A stretch of DNA of 64,000 nucleotides, from the NCBI RefSeq assembly GCF_006345805.1, contig NC_043000.1, forward strand, positions 133,362,001-133,426,000, in the 5' to 3' direction. A program made the translations under genes and the position numbers. A model generated the notes under the pieces. The model ran no database searches. It saw nothing but the letters and a program-made list of their open reading frames with translations, and was not told the origin of the DNA. Of the stretch, positions 50,502 to 63,355 are shown in pieces. Positions within the stretch are counted from its first letter, which is position 1. Every line of letters begins with the position of its first letter. Origin of the DNA: Octopus sinensis (lineage: Eukaryota).

Positions 50502-50903
50502 TTTATGATATATAAAATAAAAGCCGTAACATTTGTTAAATATCTTATGTTCCTATCAGCCAATTAGGGCATTCATATACTTCTTGGAATTTTTCATTTA
50601 TTGACCTAGATGTTTTTGATTAGGTACTATTCTTTGCAGTCTGGTTGGATCTAGAATGCTTCATGTGATCTTGTGTTGTGTGCCAGAAAAGGATGTAAAT
50701 ATGAACTATGTAGCTAATCTGGACAGTAATTACACTAAAAATGCTGTTGGATGATAGACTGACAGGGCATCTAATTTCAAGTGTGCTAGATACACTATAA
50801 TAGCCAGCTGTGTCAACATTGATGAACAAAAGACTATGAACAATTTAAATGAATTGCTAGGAATTGCAGATAAATTCTGCCATATAGATAATATAGTCAG
50901 TAA

Positions 50904-51287
50904 GTGGAGGCACAATGGCCCAGTGGTTAGGGCAGCGGACTCGCGGTCATAGGATCGCGGTTTCGATTCCCAGACCGGGCGTTGTGAGTGTTTATTGAGC
51001 GAAAACACCTAAAACTCCATGAGGTTCCGGCAGGGGATGGTGGTGATCCCTGCTGTACTCTTTCACCACAACTTTCTCTCACTCTTACTTCCTGTTTCTG
51101 TTGTACCTGTATTTCAAGGGGCCAGCCTTGTCACTCTCTGTGTCACGCTGAATATCCCCGAGAACTACGTTAAGGGTACACGTGTCTGTGGAGTGCTCAG
51201 CCACTTACACGTTAATTTCATGAGCAGGCTGTTCCATTGATTCGGATCAACCGGAACCCTCGTCGTCGTAACCGACGGAGTGCTTCC
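50904..51287 (+). mobile_element. SINE family C, tail 2
   Basis: Family C head; perfect 11-bp TSD ATAGTCAGTAA 50893-50903 / 51288-51298; no A-rich or microsatellite tail. Confidence 0.88.
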
Positions 51288-51569
51288 ATAGTCAGTAATG
51301 GATTTATGAAGGTGGAATTATTTGTATATTACTAGGTATTAAGATTGATTTCAAATTTTGACACAAAGCCAGTAAATTTGGGGGAGGGTGTAAGTCAATT
51401 ATATCGACACCAGTTTTTAACTGGTACATATTTCATCAACCCTGAAAGGATGACAGGCTAAGTTAGCTTCAGCAGAATTTGAACTTAGAACATGAAGACA
51501 TACGAAATGTGCTAAGCATTTTGCTCTGCATGTTAACGTTCTGGCCAGCTCACCACTCTTTACTAGATA

Positions 51570-51874
51570 TCTTTATATATAAAACTGAAGTTGTGTGAGA
51601 GTCTGTCTCCTCCGATTTAGATTCCTAACTACTCCCACATTTTGCGGTGCAGTTTAACCAAAAGCGGGTATCTTATAGTCATGATTCATATTGAGCCCTT
51701 CTGGGTATTAGCGCGCGTCTACGATGAATCTACGATTTAAAAAAAAAATTTACCACCATTTTTTCGTTTTTTAATGCATTTTTTGTTCGGTTTATATAAG
51801 GGAAGTAACTCTCTAAAAATGCTTATATAGTTATTTCCCTTACAAACCCGAGCAACGCTGGGCGATACTGCTAG
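51570..51874 (+). mobile_element. Non-autonomous Helitron-like element (305 bp)
   Basis: A|TCTTTATATATAAAA 5' end; CCCGAGCAACGCTGGG subterminal hairpin; CTAG|T 3' end. Confidence 0.8.
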
Positions 51875-53605
51875 TTAATATTAAAAGATGATTTGTGAAC
51901 TGTTGAAAAATGAAGGTTTTCTTTTGTTTTTTCTTCTCTGCATATGAAGGAAAACTCTATTGGAACAAAAGAATGAAGTTTGATGCTATATGCAAGTAAA
52001 ACAGGGTCTGTATCTGCAGTGACAAGAGAATAATTAACTGAATGTAACTGGATTTGACTTGAAATTCTAATTGGGAGAATGGCTGAACGGATATGAATTA
52101 CGAAATCAATTAATATTTCAAAGATAATAACAAATTGTACAAAAGAGAAGTTCACACTAGTTTAGACAGGCAATATGAATGGAAGATAACATTGGAAGAC
52201 GTGCTGGGAGTTGTGTAGTAAAAAGTCTTCAGAGGCAGTAGAGAAGACTTAAGAGAGTACTGTAAAAACCTGTGTAATTTGTGCACCTGTGTAATTTATG
52301 CGGGTGATTTTCAGGATAAAATTTGTTACTCATGTAAAATTTGCACCCCAAAGTTTTGAGAATTGCTGATATGGCCAAGGGAAAAAGGTTTTCAATTCAG
52401 TTGTATTTAGCATAATTTCACTTACTGATGATTAGATTTTATTAAATTTTCATTAGATAAATATAATTTCTGTTTAACAGGTATCACATTAAAAGCTATT
52501 AAATAACAATGTTGTTTATAATAAACTTTATTTTACATTTCTTGCTCAAAAGAGATTATGTCTGATCTGTAGCATACTGCTGTATGTCTTCTCAAATCAC
52601 AATCACAGGAAAAGTTATTGACAAGAATTATCAACAAAAACAAAGCTGATAGATATGCACAGGTGTTGCAAATTAAGTTTAATTACCAATAAACATTAAT
52701 GGTTTTAGTAAATTTATACAGAAAAAGTAAGCATTATGCCATCCAGCATAAATAAAGTCAACTTCATTATATTTAAGCCCTTATTTTTTCTGTAAAAACC
52801 TCTTCTGATATTAAATGAGTCAACTTCTGGTATGAATGTTTACATTTTGTATGTCTTTTTTTTCAACAACAAACAAAACAAAAAACAAACAAAATAACAA
52901 TTTCTAACAAAAATTCTGGAAACGATTTACTCATGAAATTTACACACCCTTAAAGCTTATTTTTATTTTTGTGAAAAAAAAAATGTGTAAATTACATTGG
53001 TTTTTATGGTGCTTGGCTTTACAGAAGAATTACAGCAAGATAAAACTGGGTAGAAAGTTCTATTGTAAGACTCGTCCAATTCCTACAAACTTTGAAAAAT
53101 GGATATTGGGACGGGAATTTTAGCAACTGATAAATGATTTGTTAGTAAACTTATGGCACTTGAAAGCACTTACGTGAGTAAATTATGGCACTTGCAGTTT
53201 TATTAGATAGTATACTGCTTGCACAGTAGAAAGAACCACTGCTGTTAACAAACATTGCATTTCCCTAAATATCTGTATACTTGAAACCCTAGCTAATATA
53301 TCTTAATTCTATCTTCATTACAAAATAACAGATTTTTTAAAGTTTAAAGTTTCAGTTTGCCATTTTACCTAACCACATTCTTCATGACTGTTAATTGTAT
53401 TATTACATTCCATTGAATCTAATATTAGTTTGCTAGAAATAACATTAGATTTTTTGCACTAGCATTATGTAAATAACCACAGAATATTGAGTGCCTGCTT
53501 ATTCTTTGCCTGTCATATTGTCTGTATATTAAATTCATGCCAGCAAATAAGGATAGTAATGTGTTGCTGTTTATATTTCAATGAATAACAATTTTATGCT
53601 TACAG

Positions 53606-53697
53606 ATTTTAGCTGGTCTGGATGCAGACAACCCTCAGTTTTTCCAGTTAAGATTGCAGTACAACATCACTGGCTTCCCAACCATCTTTTACTTTGA
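53606..53697 (+). CDS. PDIA5: PDIA5 exon 9 (ILAGLDADNPQFFQLRLQYNITGFPTIFYF)
   Basis: tacAG acceptor, donor GTAAGT; 92 nt; thioredoxin GFPT cis-Pro motif; one N-I-T sequon. Confidence 0.95.
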
Positions 53698-53809
53698 GTA
53701 AGTAAACATATGAAACTAGTAAATTTCAATGAATTTAGGTTTACTTTTACAAACTAACAGTTTCTTTAAGCGTTACCATATTGAATCAAATTTCATATTT
53801 ATACTTCTA

Positions 53810-54290
53810 AGGCAGCAAGCTGGTAGAATTGTTAGCAGGTTAACAAGGTGGTGAGCTGGCAGAAACATTAGCACGCCGGGCGAAATGTTTAGCGGTATTT
53901 CATCTGCCGTTACGTTCTGAGTTCAAATTCCACTGAGGTCGACTTTGCCTTTCATCCTTTGGGGTTGATAAATTAAGTACCAGTTACACACTGGGTCAAT
54001 GTAATCAACTTAATCGCTTTGTCTGTCCTTGTTTGCCCCCTCTATGTTTAGCCCCTTGTGGGCAATAAAGAAATAAGAATTGTTAGCAGGCTGAGCAAAA
54101 TGCTGAATGTCATTTCGTCTGTCTCTGCATTTTGAGTTCAAATTCTTCTGGGGGTCAACTTTAGCTTTCATCCTTTTGAGGGTTGGTAAAATAAATATCA
54201 GTTGAATACTGGAATTAATCTAATCAACTTACCCACTCTCCCACAACTGCTGGCCTTGTGTCAAAATTCAAAATCATAGAAATTAGTTCT
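53810..54290 (+). mobile_element. Family D SINE with a long-tail family D SINE nested inside (53840-54075)
   Basis: Perfect 15-bp TSD AGAATTGTTAGCAGG 53825-53839 / 54076-54090. Confidence 0.85.
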
Positions 54291-54699
54291 GTTTTCTTTT
54301 TTCAGTTTCAGTATAAAGTTTAATTTTTGTTGTTCTTTGTGTGAGGGCACAAAATTCTGTTTTTGTTGTCTTGGATGTTGATACAAAGCTCTATTTTTAC
54401 AGCTTTAGAATACTATTTCCAGTATATTTGTTTCTATTTCTGGGATCTATACTGTCAAGACAAGCTCTCTATTACAATGCTAGAGGTGCTAATGCTTAAC
54501 TTTGTCATCATTTACAGCAAGTCTGTGGGCTGCCACTTCAAGGAAGGCTGGGTTTTTGATGGAATAACCCTGTCTTGTGGTATTTCTGATCTTTTGATTT
54601 GGAATTTAGTTTTAAGTTTCTTTCTCCTTTGAAAAGTGAGGTAGGATCATGTTTATCTTTCCCTACAAAACTAAGTAGAAATTAACATGTAATATATAG

Positions 54700-54883
54700 G
54701 CACGTAAAAAGCACCCACTACACTCTCGGAGTGGTTGGTGTTAGGAAGGGCATCCAGCCGTAGAAACACTGCCAGATTTGACTGGGCCTGATGAAGCCTT
54801 CTGGCTTCACAGACCCCAGTAGAACCGTCCAACCCATGCTAGCATGGAAAACGGATGCTAAACGTTGATGATGATGATGATGA
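54700..54883 (+). mobile_element. RTE 3' UTR copy (family A)
   Basis: Family A core and (GAT)n tail. Confidence 0.85.
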
Positions 54884-56356
54884 TATAATATGGTGTATTA
54901 TAGACAAAGTCACAACTATGGTTAAGAAGTTTACTTCAGAGCTACATGGTTTGTGGTTTGGTATATATATATGTAGTGTGTGATGTATGCATGCATGTAC
55001 ATGCACATTCATGTGTGTGTCAGTTTGTAGTTACCCTCTTCTGCACTTGTGTGCACTGATTAGAAACTAAAGATCCACTGTTCATATAAATTGTGTCATG
55101 TGTTTCCAGTCCCCACACAAAAGTATACCTGAAATGTTCATTGGTCAATATATTAGGGGATTATGAGATTATTACTTTGCTTGGAAACAGTTGACATTTG
55201 GCATCATGAAGGGTACCTGGTTGTAAAATATTGTTTCAAAGTAGTCTCATCTGATCCATGCAGGCACAGAAAAGTAGACATTAAAACAATAATGATATAG
55301 TAAAGTGTAATTGAACTAAGAAAGCAGATGATAATTAAAGGTGTGATGAAAACTAATTGGATAGTTGATAGTATTGCGGAAAATTAGAGACTAAATGAAA
55401 AGAACTAGAATTGACAAAAGGTCTTATGCTGTTAAGAGGACCACATTATAATTAATTTTTGTCAATGATGAGTACAATGAGGGATTTTTTTAGTTTGTTA
55501 TTATTCATAAATACTTCCATGGTGTTAAAAACTTTTTAATTTAACAAATACCCAAGTTGTTTTGTTGATTAAAACTCTTTCATTACAATCAACAAGCAAT
55601 CATTAGTGTTTTAACTTCAAACGTCCCAAGATTTGTCAAAGAATGGCATGTGATCTCATCTGTCATTGAAGTCAGTTACTGTAGTTTCTCTGAAGATCAG
55701 TTACTATTTCTTGCAGAAGATGGCCATAGAGCCCAAACAACTGAAGAAAAGTCACTAGGGAAATAGCCATGGCATCAGAGACTAGCTGAAGGTGATTGTA
55801 GTTGGTGAGAGACTGTAGATGGATTCCTTCTGTAGGCAAAAGCTGATTCAATCCTTATTGTCCCACTCAGGTGAAGTTTACAAGCTAAGGAGCAAAATAC
55901 TTATGACTGAGTTATCCATTGAAAGTACAGGCAGGTTCCCAAGAATGCATTAGCTTTAGTTACCAAAGGAAGAACTTGCAACATCTTTAAGTAGTTTTTG
56001 CTTCTCTGATGTTTATTTACCAACAGTACAACACTGAATATCATACTTTATTGTAAATAGTTAAATAGTTTAACACATCACTGTTTTTCAGTTCATGCTC
56101 CTCTAAGGTTGATAATTTAACTACACAGAATAAAAGGACTAGTTGACTAAACTATACTTCTCAAATTTCCAAAATATAGGGCATTTTTTCTGTAGTCAAA
56201 AGGAAACCATTTTAACAATTAAACAACTATTGTGTGAAGTATTTTAAAGCTAAGAGTAAACAGATAATTATGATGTATCTGAACTTTGTTGACAGGGAAC
56301 TGAAATATGATATTGTCTGATTTTGGTTAAAATAAAGATCAATTTATGTTTTGCAG

Positions 56357-56425
56357 AAATGGAAAATCATTATTTCAGTATGGCGGGGAAAATACAAGAA
56401 GTGGAATCGTTAAATGGATGTCAAA
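56357..56425 (+). CDS. PDIA5: PDIA5 exon 10 (ENGKSLFQYGGENTRSGIVKWMS)
   Basis: ttgcAG acceptor, donor GTAAGC; 69 nt, phase 2 to 2. Confidence 0.92.
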
Positions 56426-58694
56426 GTAAGCATTTTATCACAGAATACTGCATAATACTGCTCAGATTTTGAAGTCAATTCCTTCCATTTCAATGTATTG
56501 TATCTCTGTTACTTTTCAGGCAACAATCTATCTCACTGAAAACCTTATTGTTCTTTTTTTTTGTACATATAAAAAGATAGAACTATCAATACTAACAAAA
56601 ATTGCAATTCCTTAAATATCTGTACACTTCAAACCCTAATAACTATAATGTTCTTAGATCCATCTTCCTCACAAAGTAACAAATTTTTTGTTTTTCTGAT
56701 TCACCATCTCATCTAACCACACTCTTAATCATTATGGTATTTCATTCCAGTGAATCCACTCTTAGTTTGCTAGACTTGGCTTCTTGCACTATCAGAATAA
56801 TGAGTTCCAGCCTATTCCTTGTTTGTCATGCTAACCATACATTCAGTCCATACCTGCATATAAGGATAGCAGGAATGTGTTCAAGAATCTTGAAGTTGTG
56901 TGATGTGAATTTACAATAATAACTTCAAGGAACAAGCCAGCCACCTGAGTACCCATCAGTTTGACAAACAGACAAGCTGGCCTTTCTAGTTTATGGTTTA
57001 TTCCAGCCATAAAGCATATTTTCCAGCAATGTTAATTTTTGAATTGATAGAACTATTCAATCAGTGGTTAAATTGACTGATGGGAAAATAATCAAAACCC
57101 TAATGATTGATTTGAGACATTAGAAAATTGATCATAATTGAAACTTTTATGTTAGACTCAGAGCCATTATGAGTAGCTATTTACAATATTTGCATTTGCT
57201 GTATTCTGTTGTATGTGTGAAATCTTACTCGTGAATGTTGGAGATATAAATAATCTCTCTTGAAATAAGTGATCTCAGCATATGCACCACAATCAAGATT
57301 GGCTGATCAATAAAATGCCCATCTCTGTGAGGCTTTCTTGTAATGTATCTGGATGACTATTGACTAACTTATTAGCATAACTAGGATCTTTAATGGATAT
57401 GTTGGGTTACATCTCAAATGCTTTTCCAAAGGATATGGAGGCTATGCTTTTAGTAGATAGAAAAAGGCTCAAGGCTTTTGGAGTTCTGTGATATAAACAA
57501 AATAATCATTTACAATAATAACTTCAGGAAATAGACCAATTAATTGATTAATTTCACTAGGAAACAAAATAGATTGTTATGTAGTAAGTACTTCTCAGCT
57601 TAGACTAGTGATTAGTGATATCAGAGTAAGTGCCTTATAGATCTAGAGACACAAGACAAGATGAAGAAGGAAGGTATGAAAGCTGAAAGATTTTCTGGCC
57701 AGATGTAAGTTTAAAGAAATATTAAATGACATATATGTTGGAAAGCAGAAAGCAACAGTGACCTATAATTGAAAGGACAACCAGGAATGTTTGTGAGACA
57801 TTCTGCTGAAAGTCACAGACCTGATCTGTAGATGAAACAGAGTTTCAACCAGACAGAAGGTGATGTGGCAGTAAAATGATTCAGTAGATAGAACTATAAA
57901 AGCTGAGAGACAACCTGGAAAGAATGGAAGAAAGGGAAGGGGGCAAGATATAATAACCGGTAACTAGAAGAGAGACTTGATGTTAGATATACTTAGCAAG
58001 GAGAGAAACAGAAAATAAGAGGTTTGGTTATATTTTGTGACATGAGAATCAGAGGTGTGAGGTATTGTGGATTGTAGCATGTCAGTATGAAACAAGATGT
58101 TATTGGTGAGAATATTATGAGTGACACACATGTTCTCACTAAAACTAGGAAGGAAAAGGCATGGAAATTATATTTTGGGAGGTTGCTGAATAAGGAGAAT
58201 GCTTAGGAGAGACAAATTATCTCAAGTAGACCTAACTGAGGGATAATAAATTGAAATTAATAGCTATATAGACTAAAAATAACTGTCCATTGAAGATATA
58301 AAGGTAGGGAAGCAGCTGGATCGTTAGGAATTATATCAGAGATATTAAAATTACTCAGTAAAGTGGGGTATACACTAGTCACTTGTATAGGCAATCAGGT
58401 AGTAAAGGAAGAGATCATTCTCAATGATTGACATTCTGATGTCATCATCAAGATAAAGAAGGAAGGGCAAAACAGATGCTTTAGAATGAAACACCTACAG
58501 AGATATCAAACTGATGGACAAAGTTATGAAAGTAAAAGAGAGGATATTTTTAATGGTTCCTTTGTATTGTTAGATTAACTTTAGTTGCTAATAACAGTTT
58601 CACTGCTTATTAGTAATATTTTCTTTATTTTTAATACAATGTACAATATAACTGAAATATGTTCTGACTTTATTTGTCTTTTGATATTTTTCAG

Positions 58695-58831
58695 CCCTAC
58701 ACCACCAAAAGAAGCAGAAAAAGATGCATCTTTGTTTGATGATGAGTCAAATGTTGAACCTTTGTCAAAGATCACCTTTGACAGCTTTCTAGCTGAACAC
58801 TCGTCAGTCCTTGTGATGTTTTATGCTCCAT
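58695..58831 (+). CDS. PDIA5: PDIA5 exon 11 (NPTPPKEAEKDASLFDDESNVEPLSKITFDSFLAEHSSVLVMFYAP)
   Basis: ttttcAG acceptor, donor GTATGT; 137 nt, phase 2 to 1; seen inside ORF 58585-58845. Confidence 0.95.
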
Positions 58832-59199
58832 GTATGTCTTTTTAGAATATATTAACTAGTTAACTTTAGATTTAATATATGTGTGAAGAAGCCACTCCAT
58901 CTGGTGCTGGTATTCGGATGACTATGAAGTGATATAATTGAATGACTTCTGAATGAAGGATAACTCTTATGTAGTAGAAAAGAGTAGTCTCTCTTGCTTT
59001 CCTTGGAAATTCTATTATTAATTTAAAGTCAGCTAACAGGGGATCTATTGATGATAATTATATCAGAGTTTAGTCTTCTTGATTGGAGATACTGTGGGTT
59101 CTTTCAATATGTGAAGTTTCTCAGAAAGACAAGGATAACAGATATAAGCACCAAGTAAATAAAGGAGAGCTTTATTGAGTATACTCCCTTATGCTGGAC

Positions 59200-60200
59200 A
59201 TATCATTTCACTGATTCTTAAGTGTCCAGTTGAAACAAGAAAGAAAGGTGGTATTTTCTCTGTGCTGAAACCTGATGCAGTACATATGCTAAGTTAACTT
59301 CCTTTGAAGTTGATGGCTATGAGTCCTGTGCAGTTCCTTAGCATACTGTCAGGTGGAGTGAGAGTTATTATGAGAAGAAAGAATCCCTTCAGTGGGCAGG
59401 CGGATGCCTGAGAAAGGATTGCATAGGTGTATTGTTTTTTTTTGTTGTTGTGTGATATTGGAAAAGATGTTATTTAGGCAGTAATAATACCATAACATTA
59501 AGCATGTTAAAAATTTTGTAGTATTTATGTGTATTTGGGAAATGATATCTAATGAAGGATAAAGAGTTCTTGGCTATGTTTGTTGAGACATCTAGGTTGA
59601 GATGGAGGACTGAACCAAGTTATCTCCCATGTCTTTGGTGGATTGTGAATCCCCTCTGTATCGTAATTTCTCACTAAAATCATTAATACTTTGTACTAGA
59701 ATGTGAACCTGTTGAAGGTGACTCTCTGAAAATTCTATTAATACCAGCTACTATATTTTTAGTTATAGCTGGGGGCAGTGGCAATTGTATTGTTGGGTGG
59801 AATTCCTATAAATATATATGGTTTCATCATTAGACTGCCTTGAAGTCTAAAATAATGTCTTTAGTTAGACTGGTGATAATACTTATTTTTAAACCAACTC
59901 TTTGAGAATTCCTGTTCTTCTTTCTTCAATCAATGGTATGGCTGTACATATCATTTGAAACTGCTAGGCTAGTGTTCCTGTACAAACTTGGGTTGTGACT
60001 TGTGTGTGTGGTGTGCGTGTGTGTGTGTGTGTGTGTGCATGCACTTCTTGAGGGTGTTTAGGATAAATAATCCTGTAAAGTCCATGACTTCAGTCCTGTT
60101 GTAGTTCCCTATAAAGATTTAAAATAACAAATCACCTTCCTGTTTGATGTAGTAGAAGTTATCGGTTCAAAGTCTCTCTTGACCAGAAATGGCCTGAACT
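59200..60200 (-). mobile_element. Highly degenerate Penelope-like RT remnant
   Basis: Broken minus-strand motifs HLNLDVSTNI (cf. LDV.SLYTNI) and KGTAQDS (cf. GTAMGS); heavily frameshifted. Confidence 0.4.
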
Positions 60201-60806
60201 CTTTGCATGAACACCCTCCCTGTACATAACAACATGTCTCCCTACATGGCCTTGCTTTTTGCTTTTTGAGCCAAAAAATTAACTTAACTTAACTTAACTT
60301 ATGATATAAAAGTGGCTTCTTAGTGTTCCTGATTATTCTAATAACAAGATTGCCAATCCATGTGAAATGATTTCTTAAGTTCAGGGTTAGCAAGAAGAGA
60401 GGTTTCAATTTGGAAGTGTTAAAATTGATAATCTCAAACTGGGTGAATCTGCAGGCTGCTTTGTTATCAGTACCATGGAACCATTTAATAATGGTAGTGA
60501 TCCAGTTGTCCTGTGGACTAATCCAGTCTCCTTTCTGATAATAGCATTGATGATAGCCTTACATACTATGAGGGTCTCATTTTCAGAAGAGTTTATCCCA
60601 ACCATGATTCAATGCAATATTTGGCAGAGTAGCTAGAAATAAATTTGTCAACCTTGATCTATAATTTACACACTCCATAAGTGGCTTTACTATATAGACG
60701 GCTGTATAAATGAAGAATCTTGGTTAAGAAATTATGATTTCTCAATTTGCTAAATCCTTATATTTGCTTTCCATCATTATTTGTTAACAAATTATTCATT
60801 TTATAG

Positions 60807-60874
60807 GGTGTGGTCATTGTAAGAAAATGAAACCAGAATATATTGAAGCAGCTGCAACATTAAAAGAAGAAAAT
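60807..60874 (+). CDS. PDIA5: PDIA5 exon 12, second active site (WCGHCKKMKPEYIEAAATLKEEN)
   Basis: ttatAG acceptor, donor GTAATT; 68 nt, phase 1 to 0; canonical CGHC. Confidence 0.95.
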
Positions 60875-61754
60875 GTAATTATGAAACTCAGATTTAATAT
60901 TTGTTATTCCATTATCAAAGTGTTAGACATTATCTTAGTATTTCTTATCAGAGAGTAAGGCTTGCAGTAAAGGAACTGTATGTGGTGTACTTAGTGTGAG
61001 AAGGTGTACCAGTGCCTGTAATACTTTTAGTTTAGGGGCTTGAGGAAGTTGAGTGAAGTTAATCTGCTAAAAGTTTAGTTTGACCTTTTGGATACTGGGG
61101 AGTGATTGTATGCTGGAAGAGAGTTACAGTAGAATATAGTTGTAATGAGAAATGGTAGACCAGTATTTAGTATGAGAGTTGGGAGCTTAGGCATAAATAG
61201 CGGTGAGTGCAAAATGAAGAATTGTTTCCAATAGTAAATGATGTGAAAACATCTTTCAATCAAATTCAAACTAATTATGGAGCAACATCAATATTTTATT
61301 GGTAGCAAGTTTTTTATTTTGAAAGCTACTAGTTTGAATTCATATATAAAGCAACCACATTCTTCTCTGGGTACCATAGTTGATTAAAATTATTCAGTAT
61401 CACTCTACTAGCCAAAAGTCTGACAGTTTGTATCCTGTTTACTAGCACCCAATTCCACCTAGATGTGAGGAGGCACAGTTTATTGCATGCTGTAGAACCA
61501 TTGTCTAATTGCTGAGAGTTCTTTTAGTATATATTGCTGAGCTGATATCTAATGATAAAAAAAATAATCTCTGTTAGTGAGTTAGTGTCAAGATGGAAAG
61601 AAGGCAGATGGCTCTAGCACTACTATTTTTTCATCTCAGATACTTTCATGGTAAATTACAAAATGGCACAATTTCATCTTAAGAATTATCTGATGATATT
61701 TCTCATTTACAATTTGAACCTTATTTTCTCACAGCATTTTTTTATACTCAAGAT

Positions 61755-62077
61755 ACCCGTGCCAGTGGCACGTAAAAAGCACCATCCAAACGTGGCTGAT
61801 GCCAGCACTGCCTGACTGGCGTCTGTGTCAGTGACCTGTAAAAAGCACCAACCGATCATGGTTGTTTGCCAGCCCCCTCTGGCCCTTGTGCTAGTGGCAC
61901 GTAAAAAGCACCCACTACACTCACAGCGAGGTTGGTGTTAGGAAGGGCATCCAGCTGTAGAAACACTGCCAGATCAAACTGGAGCCTGGTGCAGCCTCCT
62001 GGCTTCCCAGACCCCAGTCGAACTGTCCAACCCATGCTAGCATGGAAAACAGACGTTAAACGATGATGATGATGATG
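61755..62077 (+). mobile_element. RTE 3' UTR copy (family A)
   Basis: Subrepeats, core and (GAT)n tail, ending about 180 nt before exon 13. Confidence 0.88.
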
Positions 62078-62260
62078 TTTATTGATGCATTTAATTTTCT
62101 CTTGCATAGTTTTTTCATAAGTCTCTCCTTCATTACTTATACAACTCCCTGTAACCATTTTCTCACACAGACGCCTTTATATATTTTACACTGCATTTTT
62201 TTTCATGTGTTTTTCTTATAGTTGCTAAAGCTATTTGATTTATGATTTTGCTACCTACAG

Positions 62261-62355
62261 ATTGATGGAGCATTAGCTGCTATTGATTCCACTCAAGAAA
62301 GCCAAATCAGTGAACGGTTTAAAATTAAAGGATTTCCCACTGTGAAATACTTTCG
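62261..62355 (+). CDS. PDIA5: PDIA5 exon 13 (IDGALAAIDSTQESQISERFKIKGFPTVKYF)
   Basis: ctacAG acceptor, donor GTAAGT; 95 nt, phase 0 to 2; GFPT motif. Confidence 0.95.
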
Positions 62356-62511
62356 GTAAGTGTTAATAAAGATGAAATAAAACATCTGAAAATGACTATT
62401 TCAAATTTACCTCTGAATTGAAAATGTCACTGTGTATGTATTTAATGAGTATTTATCAACATCTGATTGAGTATATGAAAAAAGATTCTGTATTATATAC
62501 ATAATAAAAGG

Positions 62512-62925
62512 AGGAGTGGCTGTGTGGTAAGTATCTCGCTTACCAACCACATGGTTCCAGGTACAGTCCCACTATGTGGCACCTTGGGCAAGTGTCTTCT
62601 ACTATAGCCTCGGGCCAACCAAAGCCTTGCGAATGGATTTGGTAGACAGAAACTGAAAGAAGCCCGTCGTATATATGTATATATATATATATATGTGGGT
62701 GTGTGTTTGTGTGTCTATTTGTCCCCCAACATCACTTGACAACCGATGCTGGTGTGTTTACATCCCTGTAACTTAGCGGTTTGGCAAAAGAGACCGATAG
62801 AATAAGTACTAGGCTTACAAAGAATAAGTCCTGGGGTCGATTTGCTTGACTAAAGGCGGTGCTCCAGCATGGCCGCAGTCAAATGACTGAAACAATTAAG
62901 AGAGTAAAAAGAGAGTAAAAGAGTA
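62512..62925 (+). mobile_element. SINE family E
   Basis: Near-identical to 13012-13442. Confidence 0.9.
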
Positions 62926-62978
62926 TAAATATTTTCTTAAATATTTTTAAAGGTTATATATTACTTTTAATTCAATAA

Positions 62979-63320
62979 GGCGCATGGCTCAGTGGTTAGA
63001 GCGTCGAGCTTACGATCATGAGGTTGTGAGCTCGAATCCCAGACCGGGCTGCGTGTTGTGTTCTTGAGCAAGGCACTTTATTTCACGTTGCTCCAGTTAA
63101 CTCAGCTGTAGAAATGAGTTGCGACGTCACTGGTGCCAAGCTGTATCGACCTTTGTCTTTCCCTTGGATAACACTGGTGGCGTGGAGAGGGGAGGCTGGT
63201 ATGCCTGGGCGACTGCTGGCCTTCCATAAACAACCTTGCCCGGACTTGTGTCTAGGAGGGTAACTTTCTAGGTGCAATCCCATGGTCATTCATGACCGAA
63301 GGGGGTCTTTACCCTTACCC
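62979..63320 (+). mobile_element. Young SINE family B
   Basis: A-box TGGCTCAGTGG, B-box-like GCTCGAATCCC; perfect 10-bp TSD AATTCAATAA 62969-62978 / 63321-63330. Confidence 0.92.
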
Positions 63321-63355
63321 AATTCAATAAATACTATATTTGTTTGTGTTTTCAG

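Noticed and set aside
56940-58560. Purine-rich stretch possibly from a LINE ORF1/endonuclease
   Set aside because: Too degenerate to recover a diagnostic motif by eye; left unannotated.
62979-63050. tRNA-like sequences (also 1128, 6404, 13012, 16921, 50904)
   Set aside because: They have A/B boxes but no closable acceptor stem and continue into shared SINE bodies with TSDs; these are SINE heads, not tRNA genes.
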